NCBI GenBank assembly: GCA_021325435.1
Contig: JAJPHE010000055.1
Location: 49,906-113,905, forward strand
DNA from: Actinomycetota bacterium
Lineage (GTDB): Bacteria; Actinomycetota; Acidimicrobiia; Acidimicrobiales; JAJPHE01
Direction of reading: 5' to 3'
DNA: 64,000 nucleotides
Part shown: positions 45,748 to 54,345 of the stretch, piece after piece
Layout: each line of letters begins with the position of its first letter
Position numbering within the stretch: the stretch's first letter is position 1
Notes under the pieces: generated by a model
What the model saw: the letters and a program-made list of their open reading frames with translations, nothing else
Databases searched by the model: none
Told to the model about the DNA's origin: nothing
Position numbers and translations under genes: made by a program

Positions 45748-46782
45748 TTAGCCTCGGCGGACCCGGGAAGCGGCCATTCCCCAGAGACGGACGATCCCGC
45801 CCTGCAGGCCGGACGGGAACACCAGCATCACGACGATGAGGACTAACCCGTAGAAGGCCACGGCGAAGTAGGAGCCCATGACGGTGGAGAAACTGAGCGA
45901 ATGGGCGAGGTCCGTGGACCACTGGGGCACGTAGACCACCAGGATCGAGCCCCAAACGGCCCCGACGATGCTTCCGAGCCCCCCGAGCACGATGCCGGTC
46001 AAAAGGGCGATAGACAGCACCAGGGTGAACCCGGCCGGCGCCACCAGCGAGGTGACCACCCCGAGTAGGGCTCCACCCAGCCCGGCGCTGGCCGCCGAGA
46101 CGACGAAGGCGAGGACCTGGGTGCGGGCCACGTGGATGCCGGCGAGAGCAGCGGCGATCTCGTCGTCGCGTACGGCCCGGAACGTCCGCCCGTACCGGCT
46201 GGTAACCAGGTTCGAGAGCAGGAACAGGACAACCAGGGCGCCGGCGGCGCAGATCCACGACAGCCAGTGCTCGAGGCTGAACGACGAGCCCAGGAACGAC
46301 GGGGCCTGCGGGGACCGCACGGTGAGCCCCTGCTCGCCCCCGAGGGTGTGGGCGAACTGGCGGGCCACCGCCAGCTGGGGGATGCCGACGGCCAGGGCCA
46401 GGGTGGCCCCGGCCAGGTAGGGGCCTCGCAGCCGGGCGGCGGCGACACCGATGATTCCCCCCGCCACGGCGGTGGCGGCGGTGGCGATGACGAGCACGAC
46501 CGCTAGCGGGAGGTGTCCGTTGGGGTCGTGCTGCATTACCAGGGCGGCGCTGTAGCCCCCGATGGCCATCAGAGCGCCGTGGCCGAGCGAGACCTGCCCG
46601 TTCAGGCCGGTGAGCACGGTCAGCCCGGCGATCGCCATCACGTAGATGGCGATCTGGGCCAGCTGGAAGTCGGCGAAGCTGCCGGCGATCTGGGTGTAGC
46701 CGGCGACGGCGGCGGCGAGAACGATCACCACCAGGCCGTGGCGGACGGCGGCGAACCGCAGCGGGCCCGGCATCCTGGTCAC
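45748..46782 (-). CDS. livM: branched-chain amino acid ABC permease (LivM-like)
   Basis: LTGLNGQVSLGHGALMAIGGY motif and about 9 TM. Confidence 0.85.
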   Translation of the reverse strand: MTRMPGPLRFAAVRHGLVVIVLAAAVAGYTQIAGSFADFQLAQIAIYVMAIAGLTVLTGLNGQVSLGHGALMAIGGYSAALVMQHDPNGHLPLAVVLVIATAATAVAGGIIGVAAARLRGPYLAGATLALAVGIPQLAVARQFAHTLGGEQGLTVRSPQAPSFLGSSFSLEHWLSWICAAGALVVLFLLSNLVTSRYGRTFRAVRDDEIAAALAGIHVARTQVLAFVVSAASAGLGGALLGVVTSLVAPAGFTLVLSIALLTGIVLGGLGSIVGAVWGSILVVYVPQWSTDLAHSLSFSTVMGSYFAVAFYGLVLIVVMLVFPSGLQGGIVRLWGMAASRVRRG

Positions 46783-46783
46783 T

Positions 46784-47662
46784 TCACACCCTCCTCGGGG
46801 CGACCCGGGTGAAGAGCCCCTCGGGCCGCACCATCAGCAGGGCGATGAGGATCACCAGCGCCCCGATGGTCTCGAGGCTCGCCCCCTCGTAGCCGCCTAT
46901 GTAGCTGAGAGCCAGGCCGATGCCGAGGCCACCGATGAGGGCACCCACCGGGCTGTCCAGCCCCCCGAGGATGGCGGCGGTGAACCCGTAGACCAGCACC
47001 GCGTCCATGTTCGACGGGTACAGGAAGACGTTGGGCGCCACCAGCAGGCCGGCCAGGGAGCCGGCTCCGGCGGCCAGGGCCCAGCCGAGGGTCAGCATCC
47101 TTCCCACCCGCACGCCGAGCAGCCGGGCCACCTCCGGCTCGAAGGCGGCAGCTCTCATCCGCAGCCCGATGCTGGTCCAGCGGAACAGCACCAGCAGACC
47201 GACCATGACCGCCAGCACCGCGCAGATGGTGAAGATGTCGAAGGGCGAGAGGTTGATGCGTGAAGAGCCGACGAACACCCCCTGCACCGAGAAGGCGGGC
47301 GGGAAGGATCGGTACCTGCCGCCCCAGACCATGCCGGCTATGGCCTCGAGGAGGATCAGTAGACCGAGGGTGACGATCACCGCGTTGAGCGGCGGCTTGG
47401 ACTCCACCGGCCTGACCAGGACCAGCTCGACCAGCCCTCCGATGATCACTCCGGCGAGGATGGCGATCACCAGGGCCCACCAGTACGAGTCGCCCCGGTC
47501 GACGACCGTGATCGCCACGTAGGTGGTGATCATGCCCATCGCTCCCTGGGCGAAGTTCACGATGCGGGTACCCCGCCAGATGAGCACCAGGGACATGGCC
47601 AGGGCGGAGTAGATCATCCCCTGGGTCACCCCGCTCAGTGTGAAGGACACGAACTCGTGCAC
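46784..47662 (-). CDS. livH: branched-chain amino acid ABC permease (LivH-like)
   Basis: GMIYSALAMSLVLIWRGTRIVNFAQG motif. Confidence 0.85.
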   Translation of the reverse strand: MHEFVSFTLSGVTQGMIYSALAMSLVLIWRGTRIVNFAQGAMGMITTYVAITVVDRGDSYWWALVIAILAGVIIGGLVELVLVRPVESKPPLNAVIVTLGLLILLEAIAGMVWGGRYRSFPPAFSVQGVFVGSSRINLSPFDIFTICAVLAVMVGLLVLFRWTSIGLRMRAAAFEPEVARLLGVRVGRMLTLGWALAAGAGSLAGLLVAPNVFLYPSNMDAVLVYGFTAAILGGLDSPVGALIGGLGIGLALSYIGGYEGASLETIGALVILIALLMVRPEGLFTRVAPRRV

Positions 47663-47674
47663 CGGTAATCCCCC

Positions 47675-48382
47675 CTAGAACCCCAGGTAGTGATGGCGGA
47701 GGTCCTCGTCCTCGGCCAGCCGGCTGGCTTCGGCGGTGACCACCACCTTGCCGAGGGCGAGGACGATCCCCTGGTCGGCAATTGACAATGCGCTGCGGGC
47801 GTTCTGCTCCACGAGGAGCACGGTCAGGCCCGACTCCGAGCTCAGCTGGCGCAGCAGGGCCATGATCTGGGCGGTGATGAGGGGGGCGAGGCCGAGCGAG
47901 GGCTCGTCGAGCAGGAGCAGCTTGGGGCGGGCCATCAGGGCCCGACCGATGGCCAGCATCTGGCGCTCCCCGCCCGACAGCGTGTAGGCCGACTGCCGCC
48001 GGCGGGTGTCGAGCGGCGGGAAGAGCTCGTAGACCTCCTCGAGCGCCTTCTTGCGGTCGTCGCGATCTGATCGCCACAGAGCTCCCAGTCGGAGGTTCTC
48101 GTCGACGGTGAGATCCTGGATGACGCCGCGGCCCTCGGGGACGTGGGCCACGCCGCGGCGCACGATCTCCTCGGCCCGCAACGAGGTGAGCTCGACGCCG
48201 TCGTAGGCGACCCGCCCGGAGCGAGGCCGCACCAGGCCGGTGATGGTGCGCAGCAGGGTCGTCTTGCCCGCTCCGTTGGCGCCGAGCACGGCGGTCACGG
48301 CGCCGTCGGGGACCTCGAGGCTTACTCCCGAGATGGCCTCCACCGCCCCGTAGCTGACCCGCAGGTCGTGGACGCTGAGCAT
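47675..48382 (-). CDS. livF: ABC ATPase (LivF-like)
   Basis: Start MLSVHDLRVSYG overlaps the upstream stop (TGATG). GANGAGKTT, LSGGERQMLAIGRAL, LLLDEPS. Confidence 0.85.
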   Translation of the reverse strand: MLSVHDLRVSYGAVEAISGVSLEVPDGAVTAVLGANGAGKTTLLRTITGLVRPRSGRVAYDGVELTSLRAEEIVRRGVAHVPEGRGVIQDLTVDENLRLGALWRSDRDDRKKALEEVYELFPPLDTRRRQSAYTLSGGERQMLAIGRALMARPKLLLLDEPSLGLAPLITAQIMALLRQLSSESGLTVLLVEQNARSALSIADQGIVLALGKVVVTAEASRLAEDEDLRHHYLGF

Positions 48383-49191
48383 CAGGCCTGGCCCTCGGGC
48401 TCGCCACCGGTCACTGGCCCGGCGTCGGCCTGGCCCACCTCCTGGCCGAGGTAGGCGGCGGTGACCGCCGGGTCGTCGCGAACCTGATCGGGGGTGCCCG
48501 TGGCGATGACCGCACCGAAGTCGAGCACGACGATCCGGTCGCACACCGTCATGACCAGGTCCATGTGGTGCTCGACGAGCATCACCCCCATCGTCGAGCG
48601 CAATTCGCGGATCAGCTCACCGAGCTCGTCCATCTCGGCGGCGGACAAGCCGGAAGCCGGCTCGTCGAGGAGGAGCATCCTGGGCTCGGCGACCAGCGCC
48701 CGGGCGATGGAGGCCCGCTTCTGGATGGCATAGGGGAGGCTCGCCGGCCGGTGGTTAGCGGCGTCCCGGATGCCCAGGCGGTCCAGGACCTCCACCGCAG
48801 AGTCGCGGATGGCCGATTCGGTGCGGACGGAGGGCGGAAGCCCGAGCAGGGCCGACCAGAAGCCGGAGCGGTGGCGGCGGTGGGCGCCCACCATCACGTT
48901 GTCCAGCACTGTCATTCCCTGCCACAAACCCACCCCCTGCAGGGTGCGGGCGATGCCCAGGCTGACGAGCTGGTGGGGATGGACGCGAGGGAGGGGACGA
49001 CCGTCGACTTCGAGACGTCCCGACGTGGGGCGCACGAAGCCGCAGATCACGTTGAACAACGTCGTCTTGCCTGCGCCGTTGGGACCGATGACGCCGACGA
49101 CCTCGCCGGTGTCTGCCGTCAACGAGACCCGGTTCAGGGCGGTGAGGCCCCCGAACCGGACGGTGACCTCCGAGGCGGCCAGAACCGGCAT
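48382..49191 (-). CDS. livG: ABC ATPase (LivG-like)
   Basis: GPNGAGKTTLFNVICG, LPYAIQKRASIARAL, LLLDEPASGL. ATG 49191 is preferred (CATTAT 6 nt upstream). The track start 49239 is the alternative. Confidence 0.8.
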   Translation of the reverse strand: MPVLAASEVTVRFGGLTALNRVSLTADTGEVVGVIGPNGAGKTTLFNVICGFVRPTSGRLEVDGRPLPRVHPHQLVSLGIARTLQGVGLWQGMTVLDNVMVGAHRRHRSGFWSALLGLPPSVRTESAIRDSAVEVLDRLGIRDAANHRPASLPYAIQKRASIARALVAEPRMLLLDEPASGLSAAEMDELGELIRELRSTMGVMLVEHHMDLVMTVCDRIVVLDFGAVIATGTPDQVRDDPAVTAAYLGQEVGQADAGPVTGGEPEGQA

Positions 49192-49197
49192 CCGGCG

Positions 49198-49203
49198 ATA
49201 ATG
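49198..49203 (-). promoter_or_regulatory. -10-like CATTAT, 6 nt upstream of ATG 49191
   Basis: Matches xANNNT with correct spacing. Weaker than the other candidates. Confidence 0.25.
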
Positions 49204-49339
49204 GCACTCCCGGACGTCGATGGGAGTGCTCTTCGTCACGGAAGATCCGGACAGCGACGGATCCCAGCCTGTGACAAACGGGCTGAAACCACGTCTGGCC
49301 GACAGTACGGATCAGCGGCACCCTGCCCCCCGGAGCACC

Positions 49340-51793
49340 ATGATCACCACAGGGAAGCTGGCGCTGGGGGGCGCGGTGGCCACTTTGGCCATCGGGCTCA
49401 TGCCCGCGTTGTGCGGGCCGGCATGGCCGGCGTCGGGTGCTGCCGCGGCTGCGGTGACCAGCGCGCCCAGCCAGATGATTCCGGGAACGCTCGGCGGATT
49501 CGCGCCGGTTGCACCAGTTCCACGGCTAGCCGGGGCGGCCGTCGCCGGCTCACCTCGCCTGACCTCGGACCTCCCCGGTGTCGGACTGGCAACGGGGTCA
49601 CCCGTCGCCGTGCTCACCCAGTTCGCCGGTTTGGACCGCGCATCGGAACGCAACGCCTACGGGATCGACGCCGAGCCGCCCGACACCCAGGTGGCGGTCG
49701 GCGCCGGACGGGTGGTCGAAGCGGTCAACAGCATTATCGAGGTGTACGACGAGTCCGGGGTCGCCCAGGAATCGTTCGACCTACGGCCCCTGCTCGGAGT
49801 GACCGGCTCCGCCTATGTCACCGACCCGTCGCTGCTGTTTGACCCGGCCAGCTCCCGATGGTTCATCACGGCTCTCGTGGTGTCCCCCGGTGCGAGCCGG
49901 GTCGCCCTGGCCGTGTCGTCGTCCCCCGACCCGACCGGCCGGTGGGTCGTCGGCACCGCGTCCGCCGGCCTCGGCCTGGTGCGCGACCAACCGAAGGCCG
50001 GGGTGGGGGGCGGCAAGGTGGTCGTGGCCTGGAACGACTTCGCCACGGGGGGCGGCTTCCTCGGGTCGGAGCTGCTGGTGCTCGACGAGGCCGCTGTCCT
50101 TGCCGGCCATCCGACGGTGGCGACGGCCAGCGCCGGGGCGCCCAACCCCGGGCGATTCGGCCTGCTGCCGGTGTCGCCACCGGCGGGCGCCGACCAGGTG
50201 CTCGTGGTCTACAACGGCAGCAGCGGCCCGGTCGCCGGGCCCGGTTACGTAGGCGTCGTGTCGATCACCGGCCGGCCGGCGGCGGGCAACACCACCCTCG
50301 TGGTGACTCAGATCCGCTCCGACTCCGACGGGGCGGCGTTCGCCCCCACCGTGCCACCTCCCCCGGCGGCGCAGCCGGGCACCAGCCAGACCATCGACGC
50401 CGGCGACGACCGTTTCGTCAGCGCTGCCCAGCGAGGCGGGCGGGTCTGGGTCGCGGCGGGCGACGCCTGCCCCGGCGCCGGTGGTGACTGCCTGCGCCTT
50501 ATCGCCTTGGACCCGACCAATCTGGGTGCCGGGCTGATAGTCGACGAGGAGCTGGGCGGAGCCGGCGTCGACGACTACTACCCGGCGGTGGCCATCGACG
50601 GGACGGGCACCGTCTTCGTCACGTTCTCCGAGTCGTCGCCGTCCCTCTACCCGAGCCTGGCCCTGATGGCCCGCTCGGGGGCGGGCTCGGACGTCGGCCC
50701 CGTCCTGCTCGGCGCGGGACAAGGGGACTACGGCGGCGCCCGGTGGGGCGACTACAGCGGGGCCGCCAGCGACCCGGTGGACCCTGGAGACGTATGGGTC
50801 GCCGGCGAATACCAGGCGTCAGGGAGCGACCCGGGGGAGTGGGGCACCGTCGTCGCCCGGACCACCGTGTCGCCGCCCACCGTCGGTTCGGTGTCCCCGG
50901 CCCGGGGAGAGCTGAGTGGCGGCACGGCGGTGGTCATCGGCGGAGCTGACTTCGTCGCCGGCTCGACCTCCGTACTGTTCGGCACGTCGGCGTCGCCGTC
51001 GGTGGCCGTCACCGACCCCGACACGCTCTCCGCCGTGGTGCCCCCGAACGAGGCTCCGGGGGCGGTCGCCGTCACGGTCCAGACGCCGGAGGGCCTCTCG
51101 GCGGCCGGGCCGGGCGGGGAGTACGCCTACGGCGGCGTACCGGGGCCGGCGGGCAAGGTGGCGGTCCGGCCCGGAGCGGTCGCCGACACAGCCGTCGTCA
51201 CCTGGTCGCCACCCCCGGACGACGGGGGCTCACCGCTGACCGGCTACCTGGTCAGCGCGTGGCCGACGGGCCCGTCGGTGAGCATCGGTCCCAACCAGCT
51301 GAGCGTGACCGTCGGCGGGTTGGACGGCTCCAGGGGCGAGGTCTTCTCCGTGGCCGCCCTCAACGATCAGGGCCGGGGGCTCGACTCGGCTCCGTCGGCG
51401 CCGGTGTGGACCGGGGCCGGCTACTGGTCCGTCACCTCCGCCGGCGGCGTGTTCAGTTTCGGGGACGCGGGTTTCTTCGGTTCGGCGGGCGGGTCGCGCC
51501 TGGCGGCGCCGATTGTGGGGATGGCGGCGTCGCCTGATGGTGGGGGTTACTGGTTGGTGGGGGCGGATGGGGGCGTGTTCAGTTTCGGGGCGGCCCTCTT
51601 CCACGGGTCGGCTCGCACGGCGGGGGTCACGGTCAGGGTCACGGGCGTATCGGCTGACCGCAGCGGCGCCGGGTACTGGCTGTCGACCGCCGGCGGGGCG
51701 GTGCTGGGATTCGGGGACGCCGCCAACTTCGGACCCATCACCGGGGCCCAATTGGGCGGCCCGGTGATCGGCCTAGCCGGCCTCGCCGGCTGA
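49340..51793 (+). CDS. large secreted multidomain protein (N-terminal propeller-like region, IPT/TIG, FN3, and 3 C-terminal repeats of about 42 aa)
   Basis: Signal peptide MITTGKLALGGAVATLAIGL. IPT/TIG-like PTVGSVSPARGELSGGTAVVIGGADF. FN3-like VVTWSPPPDDGGSPLTGYLV. Three GYW(L/S)V..(D/A)GGVFSFG(D/A)A..FGS repeats. Confidence 0.6.
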   Translation: MITTGKLALGGAVATLAIGLMPALCGPAWPASGAAAAAVTSAPSQMIPGTLGGFAPVAPVPRLAGAAVAGSPRLTSDLPGVGLATGSPVAVLTQFAGLDRASERNAYGIDAEPPDTQVAVGAGRVVEAVNSIIEVYDESGVAQESFDLRPLLGVTGSAYVTDPSLLFDPASSRWFITALVVSPGASRVALAVSSSPDPTGRWVVGTASAGLGLVRDQPKAGVGGGKVVVAWNDFATGGGFLGSELLVLDEAAVLAGHPTVATASAGAPNPGRFGLLPVSPPAGADQVLVVYNGSSGPVAGPGYVGVVSITGRPAAGNTTLVVTQIRSDSDGAAFAPTVPPPPAAQPGTSQTIDAGDDRFVSAAQRGGRVWVAAGDACPGAGGDCLRLIALDPTNLGAGLIVDEELGGAGVDDYYPAVAIDGTGTVFVTFSESSPSLYPSLALMARSGAGSDVGPVLLGAGQGDYGGARWGDYSGAASDPVDPGDVWVAGEYQASGSDPGEWGTVVARTTVSPPTVGSVSPARGELSGGTAVVIGGADFVAGSTSVLFGTSASPSVAVTDPDTLSAVVPPNEAPGAVAVTVQTPEGLSAAGPGGEYAYGGVPGPAGKVAVRPGAVADTAVVTWSPPPDDGGSPLTGYLVSAWPTGPSVSIGPNQLSVTVGGLDGSRGEVFSVAALNDQGRGLDSAPSAPVWTGAGYWSVTSAGGVFSFGDAGFFGSAGGSRLAAPIVGMAASPDGGGYWLVGADGGVFSFGAALFHGSARTAGVTVRVTGVSADRSGAGYWLSTAGGAVLGFGDAANFGPITGAQLGGPVIGLAGLAG

Positions 51794-51845
51794 CCGCCCG
51801 GCATACCGGCTGACGGCCCGGCATACCGGCTGACGGCCCGGCATA
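51786..51845 (+). repeat. 3 x 20-bp perfect/near-perfect tandem repeat CCGGCTGAC(C/G)GCCCGGCATA
   Basis: Copies at 51786-51805, 51806-51825 and 51826-51845. Copy 1 contains the stop codon (TGA 51791-51793) of the preceding gene. Confidence 0.9.
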
Positions 51846-51882
51846 CATTGTCAGGGCCGACCGGCGGCACGGGAGGGATGCC

Positions 51883-53505
51883 GTGACCCAGTGGAACTTC
51901 GCCGACGTCTACGAGACGGTGGCCGAGAAGCTGCCCGACGCCCCTTGCCAGGTCCAGGGCGAGCGAACGCTGTCGTGGGCCGAGTTCGACCGCCGGGCCG
52001 ACGCCCTGGCCGCCGACCTGCTCGACGCCGGCCTGACCCGCCAGTCCAAGGTGGCTGCCTACCTCTACAACTGCCCCGAGTATCTGGAGACCTACCTGGC
52101 CGCGTTCAAGGCTGGGCTCGTTCCGCTCAACACGAACTACCGCTACGGGCCGGACGAGGTGACCTACCTGCTCGACAACGCCGACGCCGAGGCGGTGGTG
52201 TTCCACGCTTCGCTCGCCAACCTGGTGGAGGAGGTCCGCCCACGACTGCCGAAGGTGCGCCGCTGGTACCTGGTCAGCGACGTTCCCTCCGACACGCCGG
52301 TCTGGGCCACTGACTACGAGGAGGTGGTGGGTCGCCGGGTGGGGAGAACCGTCGCCCCGTGGGGCCGGACGGCTGACGACATCCTGATGCTCTACACGGG
52401 CGGCACCACCGGCATGCCCAAAGGCGTCATGTGGCGTCAGGACGACCTGTTCAACGTGCTGGGCGGCGGGGGCAACCCACTCATCGGAGCGCCCCCCTCC
52501 AAGGACATGGAGGAGTACTCCGCCCATCTCACCCAGCCGGGGCTCAAGATGCTGCCCGCCTGCCCGCTGATGCACGGCACCGGCCAGTTCAGCGCCTTCA
52601 TCGCCATGAACCTCGGCGGGTGCATCGTCACCCTCGCCAACCGCCATTTCGACCCGGCCGAGGTGTGGGACGAGGTCGAACGCCGGGGCGTCAACTCGCT
52701 GGTGATCGTGGGGGACGCCTTCGCCCGCCCCCTCCTCGCCGAGCTGGACGCCAACCCGGGGCGGTGGGACCTGTCGAGCCTGATGCTCATGTCCTCCTCA
52801 GGGGTCATGTGGAGCCAGGAGGTCAAGGCCGGCCTGCTCAAGCATCACCCCGGCATGGTCCTGTTCGACTCGTTCGGCTCATCCGAGGCGGTCGGCATGG
52901 GCGCATCGACCTCGGCGGCCGGAAAGGCCGAGAGCACCGCCGTGTTCCAACTCGGCGAGCAGGTCAAGGTGTTCACCGAGGATGGCAACCCTGTCCAGCC
53001 CGGTTCCGGTGAGGTGGGCTTCGTCGCCCTGGGCGGCTACACCCCGATCGGCTACTACAAGGACAGCGAGAAGAGCGAGCGCACGTTCCGGACCATCGAC
53101 GGTGTCCGCTACTCCATCCCCGGTGACTACGCCACCGTCAACGCCGACGGGACCATCCACCTCCTGGGACGAGGGTCGGTGTGCATCAACACCGGCGGCG
53201 AGAAGGTCTTCCCCGAGGAGGTCGAGGAGGTCCTCAAGCTCCACCCTGCCGTCGCCGACGCCGCCTGCGTCGGCCTACCCGACGAACGGTTCGGCGAGGT
53301 CATCTGCGCCATTGTCGAGCCGGTCCCCGGGGGGACGGTCGGCCAGGACGAGCTGATCGAGCACGTCCGCGGCCGGCTGGCCCGCTACAAGGCGCCCCGC
53401 CAGGTCCTCACCGTCGACACCCTCGGCCGCAGCCCGGCCGGCAAGGTGGACTACGCCGGCCTCAAGGCTCTGGCCGCCGAGCGCAGCGGCGGGCTCTCGT
53501 CCTGA
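51883..53505 (+). CDS. acyl-CoA synthetase (AMP-forming, FadD-like)
   Basis: LYTGGTTGMPKGV AMP-binding motif, GDYATV and TGGEKVFPEEVE. GGGAGGG SD lies 5 nt upstream of GTG 51883. Confidence 0.85.
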   Translation: MTQWNFADVYETVAEKLPDAPCQVQGERTLSWAEFDRRADALAADLLDAGLTRQSKVAAYLYNCPEYLETYLAAFKAGLVPLNTNYRYGPDEVTYLLDNADAEAVVFHASLANLVEEVRPRLPKVRRWYLVSDVPSDTPVWATDYEEVVGRRVGRTVAPWGRTADDILMLYTGGTTGMPKGVMWRQDDLFNVLGGGGNPLIGAPPSKDMEEYSAHLTQPGLKMLPACPLMHGTGQFSAFIAMNLGGCIVTLANRHFDPAEVWDEVERRGVNSLVIVGDAFARPLLAELDANPGRWDLSSLMLMSSSGVMWSQEVKAGLLKHHPGMVLFDSFGSSEAVGMGASTSAAGKAESTAVFQLGEQVKVFTEDGNPVQPGSGEVGFVALGGYTPIGYYKDSEKSERTFRTIDGVRYSIPGDYATVNADGTIHLLGRGSVCINTGGEKVFPEEVEEVLKLHPAVADAACVGLPDERFGEVICAIVEPVPGGTVGQDELIEHVRGRLARYKAPRQVLTVDTLGRSPAGKVDYAGLKALAAERSGGLSS

Positions 53506-53548
53506 CCCCCCTCACCCCCGGCCGCCGGCGGCCAGGGTGACCATCGGT

Positions 53549-54280
53549 TCAGCCTGACCTGGGGGCGGCCGCGTCACCGCCCTGCGACCGGTTGCCGATC
53601 CGCTGGATCGAGCTGTGCGGCACGTACCACACCGTTCCTTCGTCGTCGCGCAGGCGGGTGGCCCTGAGGCTGATGCCCTCCACCACGCCGGTCGCCAACC
53701 CGGTGTCCACCACGTCACCCACCCCGTACTGGTCTTCCACCAGCATGAACATTCCCGTCAGAAAGTCCTTGACCAGGGTCTGAGCGCCGAAGCCGATGCC
53801 GACGCCGACGATGCCGGCTCCGGCGATCAACGGTCCGAGGTTGATGCCGAAGTCGGCCAGGATGGTCGCCACCGCTATCGCCCAGATGCCGAAGGCCACC
53901 ATGCTGCGCAGGAGCGAGCCGATGGTCTGAGCCCGCTGCGCCGCCCGGGGCGAGGTCGGCATGGCCTCGGCCAGGGGAAGGCGCCGTAGCCGGCCCAGCC
54001 CGCGGCCGCCCAGGCGGACTCCGGCGACGAACCGGTTGATCGCTCGCCGGGCCAACAGGTGGGCCAGGACGGCGACCCCCACGATGAGGAGGATCTTGAG
54101 GGGCTGGGTGATGATCACATCGGCGATCCGGGCCAGGTGCTGGCTGTGGGTCAGCCGGTAGATGACCAGGCAGGCCTGGTGGGCCTGGCCGGGGGAGCCG
54201 CAGGCCTGCTGCTCGGCCTGCTCCGGCGACAGCTGGGCGGCGACCGCCAGCACAAGTCCGGTGGCGCCGGGAGCCGTCAT
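53549..54280 (-). CDS. small-conductance mechanosensitive channel (MscS family)
   Basis: GAGIVGVGIGFGAQTLVKDFLTGMFMLVEDQYGVGD pore-helix/beta-domain signature. Confidence 0.75.
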   Translation of the reverse strand: MTAPGATGLVLAVAAQLSPEQAEQQACGSPGQAHQACLVIYRLTHSQHLARIADVIITQPLKILLIVGVAVLAHLLARRAINRFVAGVRLGGRGLGRLRRLPLAEAMPTSPRAAQRAQTIGSLLRSMVAFGIWAIAVATILADFGINLGPLIAGAGIVGVGIGFGAQTLVKDFLTGMFMLVEDQYGVGDVVDTGLATGVVEGISLRATRLRDDEGTVWYVPHSSIQRIGNRSQGGDAAAPRSG

Positions 54281-54332
54281 CGGGCCCCGACCGTACCCCG
54301 CGGGTGCGACCCCGGTCGCAGGGTTCGGCTGT

Positions 54333-54338
54333 CTAGCC
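54333..54338 (+). promoter_or_regulatory. -10 hexamer TAGCCT, 7 nt upstream of GTG 54346 (leaderless candidate)
   Basis: TANNNT match. No SD. Confidence 0.35.
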
Positions 54339-54345
54339 TGCGGCG

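Noticed and set aside
53520-53533. Palindrome GGCCGCCGGCGGCC between convergent fadD-like and mscS genes as a terminator.
   Set aside because: It gives only a 5-bp stem with a 4-nt loop once a loop is allowed, with no U-tract. That is indistinguishable from chance GC-rich self-complementarity.
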